A program made the translations under genes and the position numbers. Shown piece after piece: positions 39,463-50,037 of a DNA stretch of 64,000 bases (position 1 is its first letter; every line of letters starts with the position of its first letter). Location: NCBI GenBank assembly GCA_963807605.1, contig CAWECG010000001.1:288001-352000 (forward strand), given 5' to 3'. This stretch comes from Candidatus Bathyarchaeota archaeon. Lineage in GTDB: Archaea > Thermoproteota > Bathyarchaeia > 40CM-2-53-6 > RBG-13-38-9. The notes beneath the pieces were generated by a model. It was given only the letters and a program-made list of their open reading frames with translations. It was not told the origin of the DNA and did not search any database.

Positions 39463-39768
39463 ATGAAAACGAAAGTTCCGAGAATAGTCGAAAGAAAGAT
39501 TATCCAGCTAACAAAGCCGAATGGTCTAAGGCAGTATCTCCTGACCCTTCCCAAGGATTATGCGAGAGACTTGGTTGACCGTAATATACGGAGTCTGATA
39601 GTGATCTCAGATTACGGTCTTGCCGCCTTTCCGAACGAGGGTGAAGACTCTGAGGCAGGCTTGCTAGAATTTCTGAAGGCGCATCCGAAGTTGAAGAGAT
39701 TCTTTGTGAAAAAGACAATGCGGACTTGCAAGATTCGCAGTTCGGATCTAGGTCTGATTGTAAAATGA
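39463..39768 (+). CDS. AbrB/MazE-like DNA-binding protein
   Basis: RKII...QYLLTLPKDYAR. Confidence 0.6.
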   Translation: MKTKVPRIVERKIIQLTKPNGLRQYLLTLPKDYARDLVDRNIRSLIVISDYGLAAFPNEGEDSEAGLLEFLKAHPKLKRFFVKKTMRTCKIRSSDLGLIVK

Positions 39769-39910
39769 TTTCCTTAGAGAGATTTAGTTCTAATCCTATC
39801 ATTGTCAAGTCAGACTCTAATCTTATTGTGGAAAGTCTTGGATCGCTTTTAACCGATAGTTCTGACATCATCGCCGAATCTAGTGGCAATTATGACCTTA
39901 GTGGAGGTTG

Positions 39911-40048
39911 ATGCCGTTCTCACATTTGACAACAGCCCCCTCTGCCCGAGAAATAGTTGGGAAGCTCAAGGATCTCGGTAGGAAGGGTGAATCCTACACC
40001 AGGATCAATAACAGGATAATTGAGCGGGTCAGAGTTGAGGCTACTTGA
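39911..40048 (+). CDS. 45-aa ribbon-helix-helix/antitoxin-like protein (not in the ORF track, possibly degenerate)
   Basis: GGAGGT RBS; KLKDLGRKGESY...RII pattern of small archaeal RHH proteins. Confidence 0.55.
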   Translation: MPFSHLTTAPSAREIVGKLKDLGRKGESYTRINNRIIERVRVEAT

Positions 40049-40243
40049 CACGGCATCTAACTTTCAGCACGATTCGTCTATGTCAGTATTGCGCTGAGCC
40101 CAACGATACAATCTACATTATCTGCTCGAAGTGTAGGGCTGCCCTATTCGAGAGAAAGCCTAGGAATAATTCAACATGCTAGAATGTAGTCTCGAGAAGG
40201 AGAGCGCCCAAGGCTCGCAACCATAGCGCCCTCCATCATCACG

Positions 40244-40480
40244 GTGACATTAATGAGTTGTGAATCAGAAGTTTTAGGTCTTTCGGAAAATGGTGTCATT
40301 CCAACATCAAGGCGACCAAACGGCCTCGGATTACGGGTTAATCTGCGTCTTAGACCTCGAGAAATGGCTTTCCTCAGGACACTCGCTAAGAACCGCCGCA
40401 AGACTCTGGCTCAAATCACACGTGAAGCCCTACGAGCAGAGTTTGAGAAGGCACGGCAGAGGGGAGAACTTGTCTTCTAG
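40244..40480 (+). CDS. CopG/ribbon-helix-helix protein
   Basis: RVNLRL...LRTLAK...LAQITREALR. Confidence 0.55.
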   Translation: MTLMSCESEVLGLSENGVIPTSRRPNGLGLRVNLRLRPREMAFLRTLAKNRRKTLAQITREALRAEFEKARQRGELVF

Positions 40481-41075
40481 GAAACCCTCAACCACGCCCA
40501 CTGCTGAAATGGTAACCAATCAAACTATCAATCAATCAAATCAAACATTCATAAGAAATAATAATAATAATCAGAAAAACACCACTCCCACTTCTAAAAT
40601 TGGTTACCAAATCGCCGAGCGGAAAGCCGGCAAATCCTTCAGCCTACGACCGTCCACGATAAGCCGCTTCTCCAACCTCTGCAGGAGCCTAGAAATAAGC
40701 GAGAGCAAGGCTGCAGACGACCTCCTCACCCTAGTCTGCGACGCCCTGGAGGAAAACCCGGCAGACCACATCATAGGCGAATACCTCCTAGACCAGACAA
40801 TCACCTATCTCCAAGCCAAAACCCCGCCGGAAACCGGGGAACCTGAAGACGGTGACAGATGGATAAACGATAGAAATGCGGCTCTAGTAGAGTTGGAAAA
40901 GACAAACTACTATCTAGACAATCTTAGAGATCAATGGCCAACATTAGAGAAAAACAAGAAGACCAAAGCAATTCAACACTGCAGTAAACACGGCCTATTG
41001 GAAAGACTCAAATCAACTGTGAAAATCACGGCCGAGCTTGAAACTGAGGCGCAACTACAGGAGGACCCCCCGTAA
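40470..41075 (+). CDS. Hypothetical protein (TTG start after GGGGAG)
   Basis: Coupled to both neighbours; Asn-rich N-terminal tract and an RHH-like KSFSL...SESKAAD segment. Confidence 0.45.
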   Translation: MSSRKPSTTPTAEMVTNQTINQSNQTFIRNNNNNQKNTTPTSKIGYQIAERKAGKSFSLRPSTISRFSNLCRSLEISESKAADDLLTLVCDALEENPADHIIGEYLLDQTITYLQAKTPPETGEPEDGDRWINDRNAALVELEKTNYYLDNLRDQWPTLEKNKKTKAIQHCSKHGLLERLKSTVKITAELETEAQLQEDPP

Positions 41076-41482
41076 TGGCCTCCAATAAGTCGAAACGCCA
41101 AAAGACATCTGACCGTGCACCGCAGAATATCAGCAAGATCAAGGGTCAATGGGGAGGCCCAAGACCTAACAGTGGAGGGGCTAGACCTGGTGCGGGTAAG
41201 CCTCAACGTCAGCCGTCACCTTGGCCAGAGGACTGTGATCTTAAGACTGCTAAGGGTATTGACCGTTTTCTCTCCCAACTCATAGAGACAACATGGAAAA
41301 GCAATGTGTTGGATCCTAGAACAGTCGGATGCTTGAACAACACGGTCAAGCTGCTTCTTGAGCTTCGAGGATGGACTGAACTTGATGATGACCTGGATAT
41401 TCTGCCGGCACGTGATCCTGTCGATTATGAGTCTAAGAAATCATATCGAGACAGCCTATACAAAGAAGAGGATGAAGCATAA
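41075..41482 (+). CDS. Hypothetical protein with GGxRxGAGK motif
   Basis: WGGPRPNSGGARPGAGKP, resembling N-termini of viral small-terminase-like/DNA-binding proteins. Confidence 0.5.
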   Translation: MASNKSKRQKTSDRAPQNISKIKGQWGGPRPNSGGARPGAGKPQRQPSPWPEDCDLKTAKGIDRFLSQLIETTWKSNVLDPRTVGCLNNTVKLLLELRGWTELDDDLDILPARDPVDYESKKSYRDSLYKEEDEA

Positions 41483-41599
41483 GAATCCCCATTAGATCAC
41501 TGTTTGTAAAGCAAGGACGCTCCATCTTTCAAGTTGGAGAGGAATTGCGTCAGAGCAATGGGGCCGCAAACCCTAGGATTCTGTCGAGGGAGATTCAAA

Positions 41600-41631
41600 A
41601 GACCCGGCAGGCTTTAGCCTGCCGTAGTTCA
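41600..41631 (+). mobile_element. Orphan IS200/IS605-type terminal hairpin
   Basis: cggcaggc-ttta-gcctgccg perfect stem followed by tagttca. Confidence 0.65.
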
Positions 41632-42009
41632 GACTTGAAGGGCGGCTAACTACATCGAATATGATTTTGTATCGCTTCGCTCAGTCTTCCTAACAGAACA
41701 GCAAATTTTCTTCTAATAGCTTTTCTCCACAAGACAACCGCAGAGGCCACAACTAGCGCAACCAAACCGACCGTATGGTAGAGGGTTAGTCCTATGAGAC
41801 CCTCTGACTTGATCGCTAAGAGAAGCACTATCATGTAGAATAGGCAAGTTACCATCCAAGTGATCTTTGAGATCTTTAGGTGGAGACATAGATCTGGTGA
41901 TGACATCGAGATTGAGCTGAAAGATGAGAAGGTTGCGTTGAAGGCGTTGCAAGAATGGTGAGCCACTGGTAGTGCTGAGGTTAATTCAAAAGCCTTTGCT
42001 CATGATATT

Positions 42010-42372
42010 ATGTCTTCTAGGGGGAGACTATCCTTGAGTGAAGCAGTCGTTAGGTGCCCAAAGTGCGGCGAGAAGCTTCGAATTACGATAACTTCAACGC
42101 CAGAACAATCGCTCGATAAGCCTGTGGAGGCTGCAAAGCAAATCAAGATGAACGCTCAGGCTGTATCAGAGCCGAAAGTCGAATTGGATATTCAAGCTAT
42201 AGACTGGAAGCCTTGGAAGCGGGGAACAGGGGAGTGGGCGAGCATGCAAGATGCAATGGGGCTTTTCATGAAGCTCCAGAGTGCTGGTGGAAAGCTTGAG
42301 CATGGGGGTTACAGCTATTGGATATTCGGCAGAAACAGGGATATGATTGCGAGGAAAAATATTTTAGATTAA
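42010..42372 (+). CDS. Hypothetical protein with CPKC motif
   Basis: RCPKCG; Trp-rich C-terminal domain IDWKPWK...GEW...YSYW. Confidence 0.55.
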   Translation: MSSRGRLSLSEAVVRCPKCGEKLRITITSTPEQSLDKPVEAAKQIKMNAQAVSEPKVELDIQAIDWKPWKRGTGEWASMQDAMGLFMKLQSAGGKLEHGGYSYWIFGRNRDMIARKNILD

Positions 42373-42650
42373 CGCTTGTTTGAATCCACATCCGTAGGCA
42401 ACAAGCGCTTTGAACGGTCGTTCGCCTATTTTGTGTGTGCATACAAGACGTAGGCACCCACGAGCGGCTACCTACGCATCAACCTTGGTTAGCCCTCTCG
42501 TGTAGCCCTCGATGAACTTCGCCATTTCTTGTGAGAAATCACGCTTCGTGCTTGCGCTGAAAAGCTTGATAACCTCCAGACTAAACACTGTCTCTCGAAC
42601 GAATCTTGTGTAGGTTACTCAGAGCATCTTCCAGTCGTAGGTAGGGACGA

Positions 42651-45470
42651 ATGTCCGCTAGGACTGAACATGAGACAAGAAGAGATCTGATTGATCCTCT
42701 TCTTGAGAAGGCGGGCTGGACTCTTGAGGATAGGACAAAAGTAGTTCTAGAAGTGGATACTAAGCAGTCAGATTTCAGGGTAAGAGACTACAGGACTGTA
42801 GATGAGACCCTGAGAAACGATGCCGATAGTGCGTATGTTGACTATCTCCTTTTGGATGGCACAGGTTCGCCTATTGCAATAGTTGAGGCTAAGCGGACTT
42901 TGCGTGACCCTGTTGTAGGTCAACAACAGGCTGAGATGTATGTTGACGACATTAAGAAGCAGACAGGCAAGGATCTCTTCGTTTTCCTGACCAACGGTTA
43001 TGAGATCTGGTTCTGGAATCGACCTTATGAAGCATTGAGAATGGTGAAAGGATTTCACGGTCGGGAGGCTCTTGAGCGTATCAGGTTCCAGAACGCCGCT
43101 AAGAAGAGCTTTCTGGACGTGCCAATCAGAGGAGAAATAGTGGATAGGCCCTACCAGATTGAAGCCGTTAAACGTGTCCTTGAGGGTTTGGATAAAGGGA
43201 AAAGGAAATTTCTCATTGTGCAGGCGACGGGGACAGGCAAGACACGGGTCGCAATGGCGATCATCGACGTTCTGTTAAGGTCTAACCGGGCACAGAAGAT
43301 ATTGTTTCTCGCTGACCGGAAGGCTCTGAGAGACCAAGCCTATAATGATGGTTTCAAAGTCTTCTTCCCTGATGAATCAAAGATTCGGGTTTACTCAGGT
43401 AACGTTGATAAGAATAAGCGATTGTTCGCTTCGACAATCCAGACCTTTCAGGACTGCTATCAGGACTTCTCATCAGGAGACTTTGACGTAATCATCTCTG
43501 ATGAAGCCCACAGATCAATCTACAACAAGTGGAAAGACGTATTCACCTACTTTGACGCAATTGAGATAGGTCTGACAGCCACGCCTTCAGAACTTATTGA
43601 AAAGAATACCTACCGCTTCTTCGAATGTGAAGAGGGCAATCCCACAGCACATTACGCATACGAGCAAGCTGTCGAGAAGCAATGGCTTTCTCCATTCGAC
43701 ATTTACGAAGCGAGTACACATTTCCAGATCAAAGGCATCAAACCTGAAGATGTCCCATCCGGAGAATTAAGGAAACTTGCTGAGAAAGGAATAGAACAAA
43801 CCGACATCGACTTCGCAGGTACCGACATCGAAAAGAAAGTCGTTGTCATAGGCACCAATGAAGCAATAGTAAAGGAATTTATGGAGATCTGCCTCACTGA
43901 CGAAACTGGCACGCTGCCCGCTAAAACAATCTTCTTTGCAGTCTCAAAGAAACATGCAAAACGTCTCTGGGAAGCATTCAACAGGCTATACCCAGAATAC
44001 AAGGGTGAGCTGGCAAGATATATCACATCTGAAGACCAGAGGGCCCAAGAGCTACTCAAGAAGTTCAAACAAGAAAGTATGCCGAGAATTGCTATCTCAG
44101 TTGATATGCTTGATACTGGAGTGGACATTCCAGAAGTCTGCAACCTAGCGTTCGTTAAACCTGTCTTCTCGAAGATCAAGTTTTGGCAGATGATAGGTAG
44201 AGGCACAAGAGCCGATGCAATCTGTAAGCATAAAGAGTGGCTACCTAACAGGAGAAAGGAAGAGTTTCTTATCTTCGATTTCTGGAAAGTCTTTGACTAT
44301 TTTGACATGCATCCTAGCGGAAGAGAGTATAAGCCTGCCGAGGCTGTGACGTCAAAGATCTTCCTGTTACGACTGCGAGAGCTTGAACACTTCCAGAAAC
44401 GCAAAAACAAAAAGAAAGCTGAACAAGTCAAGGAAAAGATTCGAGCAGACATCAATGAATTGCCAGAAGACTCGGTTGCGGTTAGAGAGGTTTGGAGGGA
44501 TGTTGAGAAAGCTCGGTCACCGGAATTTTGGGCTAGAGTAGGTCTCGAACCTATCGAGTTTCTGCGAAAGCGAATCGCACCTCTAATGAAGTATAAGGTA
44601 GGTGTTGAACCTAACCAAGCGTCTTTTGCACTCAAAACTGAGCAGCTTAGTGTTGCAATTCTTGAGAGGAATAAGGCTGAACTTGAACGGTTGAAAGAGG
44701 ACATAGGCGAGATCATGGACTACTTACCCTTCACAATAAAGGAGGTCAAGATAAAAGAGGAGCTAATCAACAATGTTCAAGGGCCATCTTTCTGGAGGAC
44801 ATTAACATACGAAGATGCCCAGATGTTACTTCAAGAATTGACTCCGTTAATGAGGTACAAGAGGAGCGAGCCACGTATACCAATAATTCTTGACATAGGC
44901 GATATAATACAGGAAAGAGAATACCTCGACTATGGGCCAATTACAGCACCAAGGTCTATGCTTGCCAAGACCTACATGGAGAAAGTGGAGAAAAGGATTA
45001 GAGAACTGGCTGAACGGCACCCCACCATACGAAAAATCATTAGAAACGAGAAGCTGACTGAGAAAGATCTCTTGGAATTGGAGAAGACCCTGAACAGCCC
45101 AGAGCTATACGTGACTGAGGAGGTCTTTCACAAGATCTACAAGCAACATGACGGGACACTTGTCCAGTTCATCAAGAAGATACTTGGTCTCTATGAGTTT
45201 CCTGACCCTAGAAAGAAGATAGAGGAGGCGTTCAAGACCTTCATGATCGAGAAGAACTATCTAAATGCAGATCAAGTCAATTTCCTAAGAACAATACAGA
45301 CAGTTTTCATGGAGAAGCACCACATAGAATATGGCGATCTTTTCGAGCCCCCATTCACAAACTTTGGGCCAAACGCTCCTATACCATTGCTACAGAAGGA
45401 AGATGTTGATACAGTCCTTACCATTTGTAATGGTTTAGAACCGGAGGTTTTCGTGCATGTTGGATCCTGA
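42651..45470 (+). CDS. hsdR: Type I restriction endonuclease R subunit (EcoEI-like)
   Basis: DYLL...VEAKR nuclease motif, ATGTGKT, DEAHRS, GLTATP, QMIGRGTR. Confidence 0.95.
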   Translation: MSARTEHETRRDLIDPLLEKAGWTLEDRTKVVLEVDTKQSDFRVRDYRTVDETLRNDADSAYVDYLLLDGTGSPIAIVEAKRTLRDPVVGQQQAEMYVDDIKKQTGKDLFVFLTNGYEIWFWNRPYEALRMVKGFHGREALERIRFQNAAKKSFLDVPIRGEIVDRPYQIEAVKRVLEGLDKGKRKFLIVQATGTGKTRVAMAIIDVLLRSNRAQKILFLADRKALRDQAYNDGFKVFFPDESKIRVYSGNVDKNKRLFASTIQTFQDCYQDFSSGDFDVIISDEAHRSIYNKWKDVFTYFDAIEIGLTATPSELIEKNTYRFFECEEGNPTAHYAYEQAVEKQWLSPFDIYEASTHFQIKGIKPEDVPSGELRKLAEKGIEQTDIDFAGTDIEKKVVVIGTNEAIVKEFMEICLTDETGTLPAKTIFFAVSKKHAKRLWEAFNRLYPEYKGELARYITSEDQRAQELLKKFKQESMPRIAISVDMLDTGVDIPEVCNLAFVKPVFSKIKFWQMIGRGTRADAICKHKEWLPNRRKEEFLIFDFWKVFDYFDMHPSGREYKPAEAVTSKIFLLRLRELEHFQKRKNKKKAEQVKEKIRADINELPEDSVAVREVWRDVEKARSPEFWARVGLEPIEFLRKRIAPLMKYKVGVEPNQASFALKTEQLSVAILERNKAELERLKEDIGEIMDYLPFTIKEVKIKEELINNVQGPSFWRTLTYEDAQMLLQELTPLMRYKRSEPRIPIILDIGDIIQEREYLDYGPITAPRSMLAKTYMEKVEKRIRELAERHPTIRKIIRNEKLTEKDLLELEKTLNSPELYVTEEVFHKIYKQHDGTLVQFIKKILGLYEFPDPRKKIEEAFKTFMIEKNYLNADQVNFLRTIQTVFMEKHHIEYGDLFEPPFTNFGPNAPIPLLQKEDVDTVLTICNGLEPEVFVHVGS

Positions 45471-46938
45471 GCTGAAATCGAAGATCAGCAAGTTATGGGA
45501 TGCTTTCTGGGCAGGCGGCCTGAGCAATCCATTGACAGCTATCGAACAGATCTCATATCTAATCTTCATGAAGAGGCTCGACGACCTCGATGTACACCAC
45601 AAGATGGCGGCTCAAGCAAGAAGTCAAGATTACAAGTCTATCTTCCAAGGCAGAGAGAATTGCAGGTGGTCACATTGGAAGAACTTCAATGCCGAAACGA
45701 TGTTCAAACATGTTAACGACGTAGTGTTTCCATTCATCAAGAACCTGCACAATGGGTCTGACGCCTTGTATTCAGAGTACATGAAGGATGCAACCTTCAT
45801 GATTCCAAAAGCCTCACTACTCCAAGAGGCAGTCTCAATAATCGATGAGATCGAGATCGGCGAGAAACCTGACATCCAAGGAGACATCTACGAGCATCTT
45901 CTGGGAGAGCTAAAGACCGCAGGAAAAAATGGGCAATTCAGAACTCCCAGACACATCATTAGAATGATGGTTGAGCTTGTTGACCCAGACATTGGCGACA
46001 AGATATGTGATCCCGCCTGCGGGACAGGTGGCTTCCTAGTTGCTGCCTACCAGCACATTCTAAAGAAGTATACGACGCCAGACATGTTGAAGATAGACGA
46101 TGACGGAACCCCTCACGGGTTAATAGCCGATAAGATCGTCAAAAAGGAACACTGGGATCTCCTCTGGAAAGAAACATTCTATGGCTTTGACTTTGAGATC
46201 ACAATGATCCGAATAACACTCATGAATATGATTCTTCACGGCATAATGCAACCAAACATCAAACAGATGGACACTCTGTCCAAAAGGTTCGAGCAGACAC
46301 CGATCTACGATGTAGTGTTTGCTAATCCCCCATTTGCAGGGTACATAGACAAGTCAGACATCAACGACAATTTCAAGCTGGACACTACAAAGACGGAATT
46401 GCTCTTTCTCGAACTATTCTATAATCTCCTGAATGTTGGCGGAAAGGCCGCAGTAATTGTGCCTAACGGCGTACTATTCGGCTCCTCGAACGCTCATGTA
46501 AAAGGAAGACGTTTGATTCTTGAGAATTGTGACCTCCAAGCCGTTATCTCAATGCCTTCAGGAGTGTTCCAGCCGTATGCCGGTGTAAGTACAGCCGTGC
46601 TTGTCTTTGTGAAGGGGGGCAAGACTGAGAAGGTCTGGTTCTACGAGATGAAAGCGGACGGATATAGTCTTGACCAGAAGCGGGATTTCATTGACGGTAA
46701 AGGAGACATCCCAGATATACTCAAGAAATTCAAGGCAGGAAGAACGGAATCAGACCAGAGCATACTGGTGCCATTTGATGGAATAAAGAAGAATGACTAC
46801 AACCTCTCGATCTCAAGGTACAAGCAAGTTGATCACCCATCAGTCGAATATGAAGAGCCCGAAGTCCTGATCGAGAAAATCTCACAACTAGAAGAAGAGA
46901 TCACCAAGGAATTACAGGAATTGAAAGCGATGATTTGA
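45457..46938 (+). CDS. hsdM: Type I R-M N6-adenine methyltransferase
   Basis: GQFRTPRHI, DPACGTGGFL, NPPF. Confidence 0.95.
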   Translation: MLDPELKSKISKLWDAFWAGGLSNPLTAIEQISYLIFMKRLDDLDVHHKMAAQARSQDYKSIFQGRENCRWSHWKNFNAETMFKHVNDVVFPFIKNLHNGSDALYSEYMKDATFMIPKASLLQEAVSIIDEIEIGEKPDIQGDIYEHLLGELKTAGKNGQFRTPRHIIRMMVELVDPDIGDKICDPACGTGGFLVAAYQHILKKYTTPDMLKIDDDGTPHGLIADKIVKKEHWDLLWKETFYGFDFEITMIRITLMNMILHGIMQPNIKQMDTLSKRFEQTPIYDVVFANPPFAGYIDKSDINDNFKLDTTKTELLFLELFYNLLNVGGKAAVIVPNGVLFGSSNAHVKGRRLILENCDLQAVISMPSGVFQPYAGVSTAVLVFVKGGKTEKVWFYEMKADGYSLDQKRDFIDGKGDIPDILKKFKAGRTESDQSILVPFDGIKKNDYNLSISRYKQVDHPSVEYEEPEVLIEKISQLEEEITKELQELKAMI

Positions 46939-48216
46939 ATGTGGAAGGGTCTTCCTGAAGACTGGCAATTAACTGAACTCGGGAAGGTGTGCAAGCTCCC
47001 TGATCGACAGGTGCGGCCCAGTGATTTCTCGAAATATGATTGCTATGTTGGATTAGAGGATATAGAAGGTAGTACTGGCAGAATTATCAAATATCAGAAA
47101 GTCGGCGAAAAGAATCTGAAGAGTTCGAAGTTCTTTTTCGACGAGTCCTGTATTTTGTATGGCAAACTCAGGCCTTATCTAAACAAAGTTGCCCTCCCAC
47201 AGTATGTGGGGATATGTAGTACAGACATACTCCCCCTCCGACCAATTACGGAAGTTGCTTTGAGAGAATACCTCTATTTTTTTCTAAAAACGCCCCACTT
47301 CGTTAAGATAGCCACTGGCAAATCGACAGGAGCCAATCTGCCACGGATCGCACCTGAATCGCTTTTGAGCATCGCCATACCGCTCCCCCCCATCGAAACC
47401 CAACGAAAGATATGCCAGATCCTATTGAGAGCAGACCGCCTCAGACAAAGCAGAGAAGAAACGAATCAGCTCACAAGCAAGGTCATCCAGTCAGTCTTCC
47501 TGAAAATGTTTGGAGACCCTGCAGAGAACCCATTCAAGTATCCGGTTTTCAGTTTAGGAAGTCTGGCAAATATGAGCCGTTATGGCCCACGGTTCTACAA
47601 TCAGCCATATTCTGAAGTCGGTATTCCGATCCTGAGAACGACAGATATTACTGAAAATGGAGAATTGTCGCTAGACAAAGCTCCAAAACTGAAAGTCTCG
47701 CCTGATGATCTCCAGAAATATCGTCTACATAGTGGTGATGTTGTAATCTCAAGAAGTGGTAGCCTTGGCAGATGTGCAGTTTATGATATCGGTGACGTTG
47801 ACTGTATTCCCGGTGCGTTTCTCCTTCATTTTCGATTTGGCGACAAGGTTCTCCCCGAATACGTTCAATATTTCATACTTTCCGAGAGTATCCAGAAGAG
47901 AATTCAGAGGATGGGAAAAGTCGTTGCTCAACCTAACGTAAACATGAAAGAATTAGGCAAACTAGAGGTTCCTGTGCCTTCTATACCGAATCAACGAAGA
48001 TTCGTTGAGGCAAAGTCGAAGTATCATCAGCTTAGACAAAGGCAGAATGAATCCTTTGAGGAAATAAGCGAGTTTTTCCAATCTTTGATGCATAAAGCCT
48101 TCAGAGGAGAACTTCGAATAGGAACGAACGACAGTAAGGATATTCGGATTTCTAAACCTGTGAATGTTGAGACAGAGGTTCAGTCCACGCTTGCAAACTA
48201 CATGAGCGACTCCTAG
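46939..48216 (+). CDS. hsdS: Type I R-M specificity subunit
   Basis: LPEDW, LYGKLRPYLNK, PLPPIETQ, FLKMFGDP, LMHKAFRGEL; two TRDs. Confidence 0.93.
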   Translation: MWKGLPEDWQLTELGKVCKLPDRQVRPSDFSKYDCYVGLEDIEGSTGRIIKYQKVGEKNLKSSKFFFDESCILYGKLRPYLNKVALPQYVGICSTDILPLRPITEVALREYLYFFLKTPHFVKIATGKSTGANLPRIAPESLLSIAIPLPPIETQRKICQILLRADRLRQSREETNQLTSKVIQSVFLKMFGDPAENPFKYPVFSLGSLANMSRYGPRFYNQPYSEVGIPILRTTDITENGELSLDKAPKLKVSPDDLQKYRLHSGDVVISRSGSLGRCAVYDIGDVDCIPGAFLLHFRFGDKVLPEYVQYFILSESIQKRIQRMGKVVAQPNVNMKELGKLEVPVPSIPNQRRFVEAKSKYHQLRQRQNESFEEISEFFQSLMHKAFRGELRIGTNDSKDIRISKPVNVETEVQSTLANYMSDS

Positions 48217-48483
48217 CGTCAGAGGTACAGTGTAAAGATGAAGAATAGCGATCTTGTCAGTAGGATTAGGCTGCTCTCTTCGTTTGCCATCCCCTATTTC
48301 TGACAGCGGGAGGAATCCCTGATGTCTCAAGAAAGGTACGCTACCTAGCTATCACAATTTGAAGTGGATCTCTTGAAAATTGACTCCAATAAAGTGGAAG
48401 GCCCGGGCATAGGGGGAGAGGGATTATTTTTTGACTAATTTCAAAGGCTACCTTGGCCGTGTCCGAGAGAATTTGGAAACCTT

Positions 48484-48703
48484 GACCAATTCAGCCTCGA
48501 AACACTACAAGACTTGAGTTGAATTTATTGGCCCATGAACCTCCGAAAACAAATGAAATTAAGCCTCAAATTAACGATTATGCTCAAATTGAGGAAATCC
48601 TTCAAAGAGGCCAACTCATTTTGGTGGATAAACGTGGGAAAGCAAGACAGGTCGGAGCTAGAAGAAGGCCATTTCAGCCTTGAAACGCTACAAAACTTGA
48701 GTT
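48484..48703 (+). repeat. Two 37-bp imperfect direct repeats, 183 bp start to start
   Basis: 48484-48520 versus 48667-48703, 32/37 identical. Confidence 0.75.
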
Positions 48704-49344
48704 TCGAGGTAATTACTAATTCCATGAAAATGAGCTTTCGCTTGGTCTCGTATCATCCGTGCCCAGCTTGGACTCATCAGCCTATGATTTGGTCCACTCT
48801 CGCCGCCAACGATAACCCAGGATATGCCTTCTAAATTCAATTCGCCAACCGATTCAAGGAGTGGCTCAAAACTCACAAAGCGAATCTCTGCCGGTACTTC
48901 TCTAAGGATGTCGATTCTATGTTTGTATTCTGGACTTTCCACGGTGACACCCATCCAGATATTGGATGGGATTGATCGTGCGTATTTCTTGGAGAATTCT
49001 AACATCTTGTCAGCTCTCTTCGTTAAGATCTGGTAGATGTGCCAGTTACCCTGTTTCATTACCCTGAAGACTTCCACCAAGAAGTCTTCTGGCATCTCTT
49101 CATGGAAGAGGTCGCTCATCGAGTTGACAAAGACCATTTGTGGCTTACGCCATTTCAAGGGTAAATCAACTGTTTCTGGATGTATCGTGAATCTGAATGC
49201 GTTCTTGTACTTCAGCAAACCCATCTTTTCAAGTCGAAGGGCAAGTCGCTCAGAATAACAGTTTTCACAGCCCACAGAAATCTTCGTGCAACCAGTAGAC
49301 GGATTCCAAGTAGCATCAGTCCACTCGATCGCAGTTCCCCTCAT
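48688..49344 (-). CDS. Phage Gp37/Gp68 (DUF5131) radical-SAM-like protein, C-terminus apparently truncated
   Basis: TAIEWTDATWNP, GCTKISVGCENCY, FVNSMSDLFH, QILTKR, SFEPLL, WVIVGGESG; the usual FFKQWG end is missing. Confidence 0.85.
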   Translation of the reverse strand: MRGTAIEWTDATWNPSTGCTKISVGCENCYSERLALRLEKMGLLKYKNAFRFTIHPETVDLPLKWRKPQMVFVNSMSDLFHEEMPEDFLVEVFRVMKQGNWHIYQILTKRADKMLEFSKKYARSIPSNIWMGVTVESPEYKHRIDILREVPAEIRFVSFEPLLESVGELNLEGISWVIVGGESGPNHRLMSPSWARMIRDQAKAHFHGISNYLETQVL

Positions 49345-49436
49345 CTCATCATCTTCTTATTATATGTTCAGTGATGCTCAAAAAAGATATCTGAGTACCC
49401 TATATGTATGGGGTGCCACGATTTACTTGACCCGTT

Positions 49437-49880
49437 TAGCCAGGTCGTCTGATTGCTTTCCTGGCCGTAGATTGAAACGTCGCCGATTCTTCCTCCGTGT
49501 ACCTCGATGAATTTCTCGCCCTGAACAAACATTCCTCCCGAACCACAGCACGGGTCAAATATTCTGCCTCTGTAAGGTTCTAACATCTCAACAAGCAACC
49601 TGACAATGCATCTCGGAGTATAGAACTGGCCCCCCTTCTTTCCCTCCGCAGCAGCAAATTGTCCTAGGAAATACTCGTAGACTCTTCCCAGAATGCCCTT
49701 GATTCTGTTTTCTTTGTAGCCCAGGCTAATCGTTCCTACCAGAATCAATTAGTTCTCCAAACCTTTGCTTATCCAGACCGGGCCTTGCGTAATTCTTAAC
49801 AAGAACACCCTTAAGAGAGCGGTTGTCTCTTTCTATTGCGTCCATTGCCTCGTCGATTATTTTTCCGATCTCTGCTTTCT
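49437..49880 (-). pseudogene. hsdM: Internal fragment of a second hsdM, frameshifted near 49748
   Basis: [23 protein letters not shown]..., then [29 protein letters not shown]; no NPPF. Confidence 0.85.
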
Positions 49881-50037
49881 TCTAGTTAAGCCTGAGATGT
49901 AACAGACTAGGGAATAGCACTTTTGGAGAAATTGAAAGCTCAGTATGAGCCTAGTATAACCTATCCATATTCTTCTAGTCTAAGACCTCAGGTACAAAAG
50001 TCTTCATACCTATATTTTAACTAGGTTTAGCTTTCAA

